NCBI GenBank assembly: GCA_965662875.1
Contig: CBFIJA010000002.1
Location: 5,921 to 69,920 of the forward strand
Length of the DNA: 64,000 bases
Direction: 5' to 3'
Origin: Candidatus Arcticimaribacter sp.
GTDB taxonomy: Bacteria > Bacteroidota > Bacteroidia > Flavobacteriales > Flavobacteriaceae
Within the stretch, counting starts at the first letter, position 1; each line of letters opens with the position of its first letter. The translations under genes and the position numbers were made by a program. Shown piece after piece: positions 32,782 through 39,416 of this stretch. A model generated the notes under the pieces. That model did no database searches, had not been told where the DNA came from, and saw only the letters and a list, made by a program, of their open reading frames with translations.

Positions 32782-33330
32782 TTATTTCACTTTAGAGGGG
32801 TTTTGTGTGACAAAAGCTTTCCAACCCGTATATTTTTTATCTGGCCCGCCCTTACCAGCATTATAAAAATGACATACTGCAGCTGCCAAGCCATCTGTAG
32901 AATCTAAATTCTTTGGCAAGGTTTTTATTCCCAGTAAACTTTGTAACATCTTTGCTACCTGCTCTTTACTAGCGTTTCCGTTTCCGGTAATGGCCATTTT
33001 AATTTTTTTAGGCGAGTATTCTGTGATGGGAATGTCACGCGACAACCCGGCCGCCATAGCTACCCCCTGTGCTCTACCCAACTTTAGCATGGATTGTACG
33101 TTTTTCCCAAAAAAGGGTGCTTCAATCGCAATTTCATCGGGATGATAATTGTCGATCAACTCAAGAGTACGGTTGAATATGTGTTTTAGTTTCAAGTAAT
33201 GATGATCGTATTTAGAGAGTTGTAACTCATTGAGCATCATAAACTCCATGTTGTTGTTCACCACTTTAATCAATCCGAATCCCATGATGGTGGTTCCGGG
33301 GTCGATTCCTAAGATGATGCGTTCTGACAT
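32782..33330 (-). CDS. ruvC: crossover junction endodeoxyribonuclease RuvC
   Basis: 182 aa. [24 protein letters not shown] and the [11 protein letters not shown] catalytic acidic residues. Confidence 0.92.
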   Translation of the reverse strand: MSERIILGIDPGTTIMGFGLIKVVNNNMEFMMLNELQLSKYDHHYLKLKHIFNRTLELIDNYHPDEIAIEAPFFGKNVQSMLKLGRAQGVAMAAGLSRDIPITEYSPKKIKMAITGNGNASKEQVAKMLQSLLGIKTLPKNLDSTDGLAAAVCHFYNAGKGGPDKKYTGWKAFVTQNPSKVK

Positions 33331-33331
33331 G

Positions 33332-33820
33332 TTATGTTTGTGGTGTAGCGATGATCCTTATGGGAACCTTAATGCTTGTTTTTACTTTTACTCCAACATT
33401 GGTTTTTGTAGCAGGCAAAGCCAAAGGCAATTGAGCAACAGCATTTGTCAGGATATTTTCAAGATCATTTACCGCATCAAACACCGTTGAAGCTCCTTCG
33501 GTATCGGTAAGACGAATGGCGCCATCAGTATCGATGAGAAGCGTTAAAATAATTTCTCTATCTATCTCTTGATTAGACACTAAAGGTTCTGCATAAAGTC
33601 CTTCTTCTAAAGAGGTGCGCAAAGTGTCTTTAAAACAGTTAAATTGTTCGTCCGATTCTAAATCTCCACACCCTTCAAAGCTTGGAGCTTGATCATTATC
33701 GGACCAAGACGAAGCTTGTTTTATTTGCTGTGGCGTATGGGTTGTGGTTTCAAAATATTCACAACTGACCATCGTTAAAGCGCAAATTGTAATGGACAAA
33801 AAAGAAAAGGATGATCTCAT
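33332..33820 (-). CDS. hypothetical lipoprotein
   Basis: 162 aa. Signal plus lipobox (LTMVSC). The C-terminal half is vaguely TonB-C-like. Confidence 0.45.
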   Translation of the reverse strand: MRSSFSFLSITICALTMVSCEYFETTTHTPQQIKQASSWSDNDQAPSFEGCGDLESDEQFNCFKDTLRTSLEEGLYAEPLVSNQEIDREIILTLLIDTDGAIRLTDTEGASTVFDAVNDLENILTNAVAQLPLALPATKTNVGVKVKTSIKVPIRIIATPQT

Positions 33821-33906
33821 GATATGTGTTTATTGTTCGGGTATTTATAATCATAAAATTACGACTTTTTTTTATATTTAGCTTCAAACCAAAAAACAAC
33901 AACTCC

Positions 33907-34386
33907 ATGGATCTTATTTATGAAATCGCGGGAATTATCCTTTTACTTTTAGGGGTTATTGGAAGTTTTTTACCGGTACTCCCAGGCCCACTAAGCGGAT
34001 GGCTTGGGCTATTTATAGCCAATCAAAGCACCCGAGTGGATTTTGAAACGTCTTTTATAATTACCACTTTTTGTATCGCCCTTGCTGTTTTTCTATTGGA
34101 TTATATCATTCCTGCCTTGGGAACAAAAAAATTCGGGGGATCCAAAAAAGGGGTTATAGGTTCTACAATTGGATTGGTTTTAGGCTTGCTTTTTTTAGGT
34201 CCCTTGGGTATTATTTTAGGTCCTTTTATAGGTGCATTTTCAGGAGAACTCCTAAATGAACCCGATAAAAAAGTGGCTTTTAAAGCCGCAATTGGCTCTT
34301 TTTTAGGTTTTATCACCGGGGTGATTCTAAAATGCCTTGTTGCTTTAGCCTTTTTGTTTTTGGGGATTTCAGAATATATGAACTAA
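33907..34386 (+). CDS. DUF456-family membrane protein
   Basis: About 159 aa from MDLIYEIAGIILLLLGVIGSFLPVLPGP. Gly-rich TM helices. The ORF-track start at 33826 looks over-extended. Confidence 0.65.
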   Translation: MDLIYEIAGIILLLLGVIGSFLPVLPGPLSGWLGLFIANQSTRVDFETSFIITTFCIALAVFLLDYIIPALGTKKFGGSKKGVIGSTIGLVLGLLFLGPLGIILGPFIGAFSGELLNEPDKKVAFKAAIGSFLGFITGVILKCLVALAFLFLGISEYMN

Positions 34387-34422
34387 TTTTTTTGCCTTTA
34401 AAGAAACCGCTTTTTCGTAACC

Positions 34423-34439
34423 TTCAATCAAACCACAAC
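34423..34439 (-). repeat. solitary CRISPR-repeat-like element (5' GTTGTGGTTTGATTGAA), complementary to the anti-repeat at 37934-37950
   Basis: Pairing with TTCAATCTTATCACAAT gives 13 Watson-Crick pairs, 2 G:U pairs and a 2-nt internal mismatch over 17 nt. It lies 68 nt downstream of the Cas9-like stop on the same strand. Only one copy was seen. The true 3' extent is unknown and could run to about 34404. Confidence 0.5.
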
Positions 34440-34506
34440 ACTATATTTATTTATGAAATCGTAATGGGTTAGGTAGTGTACAAAGCGAACAATGCACAAT
34501 GATGTT

Positions 34507-37500
34507 TTACGCGAAAAAACGGTTCTTTTCTAAAGCATAATCTGTTTTTTTTATTTGACCGATACAGTCTACCTCTACTTTGATGGGATTGTAATTAAAC
34601 CATCCTGTTTTTTTATCGCCAAAATTATTTATCCTTATGTAGTCCGGAAATTCTGTGCTATTGGATGTGGGTTTATAAGCCAATCGAAATTCATAGTATT
34701 TACTGGATAATTTTTGTACTCGGTATAAAATCTTCATCAAATAAGCGTTAGACTCTAAGGCTATGTTTTCCTCCAAACGATCTGCACCCATCAGAAATAA
34801 ATCGTTGGTTTTTAATACCGTAATCAAGGCGTTTTGTTCCGGTTGGGGCACCTCGACAATGGGTTTTCCTTTTGTCATTCTTTGAACTACTTCCCAAAAA
34901 CTGACTACATCTTCATGCAGCTGTCCAGCTATATCCTCATAAATCAATACATGGTGATTGTTTCTAGGGATAACAAATTGATTTTTATGGGCCTTTAATT
35001 TTACTTCCGTATTGAACGCTTCACGAATACGCACCTTTTTAATGGGAACAGGATCTCCCTTTGTGTTAGGCAAAAATAATTTGGGCTTCACCCTTCCTGC
35101 TTTATCTTTTTTGAAAAAAGTGTTTGGCGGGATTTGTTGTTTCCCGTCAAAGTTTTTTATGACCGCTTCTTGCACTAGTTTTTTAACTACTGGATCAACA
35201 ATTTTATCAACTTGATTGATTGATTTGATTTGATTTAAGGGTTTACGAATGTGAAGTGCAGTGACCTTGTTGGGGGAAGTTCGTTTTCCGTAAAAACTCT
35301 CTTTATGCAACATACCACGAACAGAGACATTGTTACTAAACACCTTGATGTCCTCTTTTTTAATCCATTTTTTTCGTGTTGAAAGGATTCTTTTTTGGCT
35401 TTTATAAGAGACTAAAATTTCGTTGAAATGCTTTGTGAAATCTTCAAAATAGTTGTTGTAAGGCCTAGGGAAACTCGTTTTATTTTGGGGCCATTTGTAT
35501 TTATTTCGCTGCTTCAAGCTTTCCAAATGCTCGGTTGTTTTAACTGCGTTGACAAAAGAACGCATAGCGCTCTGACGATAATCCAATGCTTTTGACTTTT
35601 CTTTGTATGAATTCAAAAGCAACCATTGCTCTATCAAATGCTGGGTGGTATTTCCCATAGAAATATTGACTTCTTGAAAAACAATGGACAACACACTTTC
35701 TAAACTTCTAGATATAATGTGCGGATCATTAAACTGTTGTTGTATGATATTGCGTTTGTTGTATTTTTTCACAAAACGCTGAAATTTTGTAAAACTTGCT
35801 GGATGCTGTCTAGTATTGGAGAATTGATACATCAACCGTTTTTTTATTTCCCCCCAATTTTCCATTTGAGTGTTCATAAAATATTCGTGTGGGGTTCTTC
35901 CCTCTAACTCTTCTGCGACTTCGGCAAAACAAAGAACTTTATTGAGGTGGCTGTCGTTCAAGGAAAACTCCCATGGATTGATGTATACAATTCTAATCTC
36001 TTGAGTAAAAAGGGAGGCAATTGGTATGGGTTTGTTTGTGAAAGGGCAAACTTTTTTACACTCTTCAAAGAGGTCGTATTTTAGGATATTCATAGGAGTG
36101 AGGTTCACACCTAATTTTTTGATGATATTGAAATATCGATCTCGGTTTCCTTTTATTCTTTTTTGATCAATTTTATAGATAAAGCGCTGCATCCGATTTA
36201 CTTTTAGGTCCACAGAAAGTTCACAATTGATACTGGATATTGATCCGTACTTTTTAAGCAAAGCATTCAAGACCTTTCGAAGTTCAAAAACACTTTGTAT
36301 TACAATGTTCTTATCTAATTTATGTATCAGTTTGTCCGTTTCTTTGGAAACCTCAAAATACTTTTCAAGGTTCTTATCCCTTTTTTTTGGGGGTATACCA
36401 TAAACTTTCTTGGATTTAAATTGCAATTCTGGACATGAAGCATCGAACCATGACTGAAGTTTTGAAAGTACTTCTTTGGTACTGTTTTCCTTTTTTATCT
36501 TCAATGCTGCAGTTGCAATTTCTGCTTTATTTTCTGCTGAAAGTGTCTCCCAATGGGGCGCAATAGCATTTTTTATACCGCCCAAAAAAACAGCGGTCTT
36601 GTATCGATACCCCTGACGTAAAAAAGGAAGTAAATTTCTACACGCCTTTTTACTCAACAAGGCATACGTTTTATCTAGACTAATTTTCGAAAACTGCTCT
36701 GCACAATATTCATCAAGACCAAACTTTTCTTCTGCATGTTGTTTTAACTTTTCAAGATCGTCAAAAAAATAAAGCGCATGAAAAACATCTTCTTTAAGTT
36801 TTGAATCCATGTTGAACCAATCGGTTCCAAAAAATTTATTTTTTGACATTTCATAGTCGATGAATATTCCTTTAAATATTTCATCATCTCTATAGTTGAA
36901 TGCCTTTTTATCTGGCAGTTGCAGTCTGTTTTTAAGATCTGAAAATTTAAATTTGTAGTTGGATCGTAAAAAAGCAAAAGTCACCCGTCTTTCTTCTTCT
37001 TCAAGGGGTTGGTTATTGTACTGTATTGAATTGATCCATTTCCAGGCTTCTACCTCTTGGCATTCAAAAGAAGATACACAAGCTCTTGTTTTATTTGGTT
37101 CAAGTGAACAATTGCCGACTTTGTGCTTTTGAGACTTTAAGCGCCTAAGAAAAAACACAGCCCCTTTTGGGGTTCTGTCATTTGGATTTCCGATCAGACG
37201 TTCCCTTAAACCCTCTTGGAAATGATAAAATCGAGATTGTATTTCCCATATTTTATGAATTTCATCAAAATACATTTGGGTAGAACAGATACGGTTTCGA
37301 ACCCGTTCCAACTGGTGTGTATAGCTCTTATTCTCTCTCGGCAATAGCTGAAATAAATACTCCCCTAAAGTGTTTTCTTTCACCGATCGTTGAGTTTGTT
37401 CGTAGCCAATTTTACCGTCTTCTTGACTTCCTTTATAGAGCACACTTCCTTTTAGTCTTGAATGGCGTTCGCCAAAACGATACCCCCTACGCTGTGTTAT

Positions 37501-37908
37501 TTGATAAAGTATTCGTCCCAATTCATTCAAGGAAAGCTTATCTGAAACGCCCTTTTTTCGAAGCGCATAGGGATTCATGGACAGCCATTGATCTAACTCA
37601 TCATGCGGAAAATGTTTTTTTTGTTTCCATTGTTTTAGACTTTCTAGAGCTACAGGACACATATTGTGCTGGGCTAAAATTCTAAGTAAATAATACTTCC
37701 TTGATCGAATCCTTGCATGACGGATTCTATGGAGTCGGTAATTTCGTTTACTCTTTTTTTTGGATTGTTCGCGCTTACCCCAACCGAAATTTTCACAGTC
37801 TGGATTGAACCGGTGCACTCCCATTCCCAAAATCTTCTTTCGATCGGTTTCATAAAGGGTCCAGCCGACAGCACTTGCATCCAAATAAATTCCTAGCTTT
37901 TTTGACAT
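34507..37908 (-). CDS. Cas9-like protein (type II-C-like architecture) with substituted HNH and RuvC-III catalytic residues
   Basis: 1133 aa. GIYLDASAVGW (RuvC-I), Arg-rich bridge helix RNYRLHRIRHARIRSRKYYLL, PYALRKK..LGRILYQITQRRGY, NCSLEPNKTRAC...AWKWIN, LSKKACRNLLPFLRQGYRY and INCELSVD (RuvC-II). The HNH-shaped segment is RIVYINPWEFSLNDSHLNKVL...GRTPHEYF. The RuvC-III-shaped segment is DYRQSAMRSFVNAV. Confidence 0.85.
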   Translation of the reverse strand: MSKKLGIYLDASAVGWTLYETDRKKILGMGVHRFNPDCENFGWGKREQSKKKSKRNYRLHRIRHARIRSRKYYLLRILAQHNMCPVALESLKQWKQKKHFPHDELDQWLSMNPYALRKKGVSDKLSLNELGRILYQITQRRGYRFGERHSRLKGSVLYKGSQEDGKIGYEQTQRSVKENTLGEYLFQLLPRENKSYTHQLERVRNRICSTQMYFDEIHKIWEIQSRFYHFQEGLRERLIGNPNDRTPKGAVFFLRRLKSQKHKVGNCSLEPNKTRACVSSFECQEVEAWKWINSIQYNNQPLEEEERRVTFAFLRSNYKFKFSDLKNRLQLPDKKAFNYRDDEIFKGIFIDYEMSKNKFFGTDWFNMDSKLKEDVFHALYFFDDLEKLKQHAEEKFGLDEYCAEQFSKISLDKTYALLSKKACRNLLPFLRQGYRYKTAVFLGGIKNAIAPHWETLSAENKAEIATAALKIKKENSTKEVLSKLQSWFDASCPELQFKSKKVYGIPPKKRDKNLEKYFEVSKETDKLIHKLDKNIVIQSVFELRKVLNALLKKYGSISSINCELSVDLKVNRMQRFIYKIDQKRIKGNRDRYFNIIKKLGVNLTPMNILKYDLFEECKKVCPFTNKPIPIASLFTQEIRIVYINPWEFSLNDSHLNKVLCFAEVAEELEGRTPHEYFMNTQMENWGEIKKRLMYQFSNTRQHPASFTKFQRFVKKYNKRNIIQQQFNDPHIISRSLESVLSIVFQEVNISMGNTTQHLIEQWLLLNSYKEKSKALDYRQSAMRSFVNAVKTTEHLESLKQRNKYKWPQNKTSFPRPYNNYFEDFTKHFNEILVSYKSQKRILSTRKKWIKKEDIKVFSNNVSVRGMLHKESFYGKRTSPNKVTALHIRKPLNQIKSINQVDKIVDPVVKKLVQEAVIKNFDGKQQIPPNTFFKKDKAGRVKPKLFLPNTKGDPVPIKKVRIREAFNTEVKLKAHKNQFVIPRNNHHVLIYEDIAGQLHEDVVSFWEVVQRMTKGKPIVEVPQPEQNALITVLKTNDLFLMGADRLEENIALESNAYLMKILYRVQKLSSKYYEFRLAYKPTSNSTEFPDYIRINNFGDKKTGWFNYNPIKVEVDCIGQIKKTDYALEKNRFFA

Positions 37909-37931
37909 TTGTATATTTTTTTATACATTTG
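37901..37931 (+). promoter_or_regulatory. Bacteroidetes-type promoter for the tracrRNA-like gene (TTTG-N19-TACATTTG)
   Basis: TTTG at 37901-37904, a 19-nt spacer, then an exact TAnnTTTG at 37924-37931. It overlaps the Cas9-like start codon on the opposite strand. Confidence 0.5.
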
Positions 37932-37933
37932 AA

Positions 37934-38004
37934 TTCAATCTTATCACAATAAGGCTTTATGCCGTAGATAAAATTCTTAAATCCCGCTTCGGTGGGATTT
38001 TTTT
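37934..38004 (+). ncRNA. tracrRNA-like small RNA (anti-repeat, nexus hairpin, UUCG-capped terminator)
   Basis: UUCAAUCUUAUCACAAU-AAGGCUUUAUGCCGU-AGAUAAAAUUCUU-AAAUCCCGC-UUCG-GUGGGAUUU-UUUU. The CACAAU-AAGGC..GCCGU module parallels the SpCas9 AAAAU-AAGGCUAGUCCGU nexus. The 5' end is inferred from the promoter only. Confidence 0.6.
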
Positions 38005-38413
38005 ATAAATTTTCATTGATTTTTCTCTCTTCCTCGCCCAGCATACCATAATGGTATTTTAATAACAAGGGGTAAAACCTCCATATTGAATTTCCTGTCA
38101 CTTCTTTGGCTTTGTGGAAGGCCAATTCGTTTTTTTCTAAAAAATCTAAAGTTTTACTTTTTACAGTCTCTTCCATATAATTTATGGGATCCAATAGACG
38201 TAATCTAAACCCTTTACGAACGGCTGTATACATATTTTGAGCGTCTAATTTTTGCAATAAAGAATGTTTCACTTTGTAAAATTTGGGAGAATTAACTTCT
38301 AATAACTTTTGCAATTGTTGTTCACTCATTCCTAAAGCATAGGAACGCAACATTAGAAACTCTTTTGTAGTTAATTTTTTTGAGTCATTTTGGGTCGGTA
38401 TATTTTTACTCAT
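38003..38413 (-). CDS. small LuxR/FixJ-type HTH protein
   Basis: 136 aa. LTTKEFLMLRSYALGMSEQQLQKLLEVNSPKFYKVKHSLLQKLDAQNMYTAVRKGF fits the LuxR C-terminal HTH pattern (LT.RE..vL.l.a.G.s..eia..L..s..TV..h...i..KL...n...av). No receiver domain. Confidence 0.65.
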   Translation of the reverse strand: MSKNIPTQNDSKKLTTKEFLMLRSYALGMSEQQLQKLLEVNSPKFYKVKHSLLQKLDAQNMYTAVRKGFRLRLLDPINYMEETVKSKTLDFLEKNELAFHKAKEVTGNSIWRFYPLLLKYHYGMLGEEERKINENL

Positions 38414-38608
38414 AAGTAGTGATATATATAGTGTTATAGCATCAAAAATGACACTCTTACCAAAACTTTCAATGCTACTTGTAAGGGCCGGTTGGTTTAA
38501 ATGGTTATCTGGTCAAATCGTGTTCTAGGTGGTTATAATTTTTTGTAAGCGTTGTTTCTTGTCGTATTTTGCATTTCGTTATCGTATTTTTTGGTGTATT
38601 TTAGCACC

Positions 38609-38812
38609 ATGGAACTTTTTCTAATCTCATTTGTTTTAATCGGTCTTGCTTTTGCGGGAATTGCCATCAAGATTTTGGTAAAGAAAGAAGGTAAGTTTGC
38701 AGGTACGTGTGCCAGTCAAAGCCCTTTTCTCAATAAGGACAATGAACCTTGTGGTTTCTGCGGAAAGCTCCCAGATGAACAGGAATGCCGAAATCCTGAA
38801 GTGATAAAATAA
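38609..38812 (+). CDS. small membrane protein with a Cys-rich tail (NqrM/DUF539-like?)
   Basis: 67 aa from MELFLISFVLIGLAFAGIAI. One TM helix, then GTCAS..x14..CGFCG..x8..C. The family assignment is tentative. Confidence 0.4.
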   Translation: MELFLISFVLIGLAFAGIAIKILVKKEGKFAGTCASQSPFLNKDNEPCGFCGKLPDEQECRNPEVIK

Positions 38813-38852
38813 AGCGGCATTCCACAAAAAAATCTCTATCTTCGGTTTAGGT

Positions 38853-39416
38853 ATGGAGGATAAAGCCATTGCGAACGCCATTTTACTTGCCAAAAAAAAC
38901 AATCAAAAAGCTTTTGCTCTGCTTTATGATGCCTATTGGGAGTATTTGTTTTCTTATTTGCTCAAAAAAAATATCCCTGAAGATCTAGCAGAAGACCTTG
39001 CCATTAAAACCTTTTCTAAAGCATTTGATAAAATAGCGACTTACGACGCTAAGTATACATTCAAAACTTGGCTCGTTACCATTTCCAAAAATCTTCACAT
39101 TGACCAACACCGAAAAGACAAAAAGCAAATTCAATCTAGAAATGAATCGCTAGAAATCAGTCAAATTCACAATGTGATGGATGAAAACCCTTCGCCAGAA
39201 GATTTGTTGATTACAACGCAAAACCTCAAAGGTTTACTAAAACAAATAAAAGGATTAAAACCGGTATACAGCAAGGTAATCAAGCTTCGCTATCTACAAC
39301 AGTTAAGCTATAAAGAAATAAGTGATGAGATGAATTTACCGCTCAACACAGTGAAAGTAACACTTCTAAGGGCCAAAAAAATATTGGCTGAAAAAATCAT
39401 CAATGAAAAAATTTAA
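38853..39416 (+). CDS. ECF-type RNA polymerase sigma-70 family factor
   Basis: 187 aa. Region 2 (DLAEDLAIKTF...FKTWLVTISKNLHIDQHRK) and region 4 (KLRYLQQLSYKEISDEMNLPLNTVKVTLLRAKK). Confidence 0.85.
   Translation: MEDKAIANAILLAKKNNQKAFALLYDAYWEYLFSYLLKKNIPEDLAEDLAIKTFSKAFDKIATYDAKYTFKTWLVTISKNLHIDQHRKDKKQIQSRNESLEISQIHNVMDENPSPEDLLITTQNLKGLLKQIKGLKPVYSKVIKLRYLQQLSYKEISDEMNLPLNTVKVTLLRAKKILAEKIINEKI

Noticed and set aside
34507-37908. Considered whether the large ORF is an IscB/IsrB/TnpB-type transposon nuclease or a pseudogenised Cas9.
   Set aside because: The size (1133 aa), the REC-lobe-like motifs and the bridge helix fit Cas9 rather than IscB or TnpB. There are no transposon ends or a transposase nearby. 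The uninterrupted frame with conserved scaffold motifs argues against simple decay, though that still needs dN/dS.
38433-38460. Second repeat-like element GTTATAGCATCAAAAATG.. at the LuxR-side block. It shares GTGTT.T.G with the solitary repeat.
   Set aside because: It cannot pair with the anti-repeat: mismatches appear from position 4 onward, and only about 11 of 22 positions are identical to the solitary repeat. It is treated as part of a target or inverted-repeat similarity, not as a repeat.
34387-38551. Looked for a CRISPR array and for cas1/cas2/csn2/cas4 around the Cas9-like gene and across the whole window.
   Set aside because: I found no tandem 30-50 nt repeats. The GTTGTGG.. element occurs once, and none of the ORFs has Cas1 (about 300 aa) or Cas2 (about 100 aa) features. 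The locus is therefore reported as an orphan, not as a CRISPR array. An array outside the window cannot be excluded.
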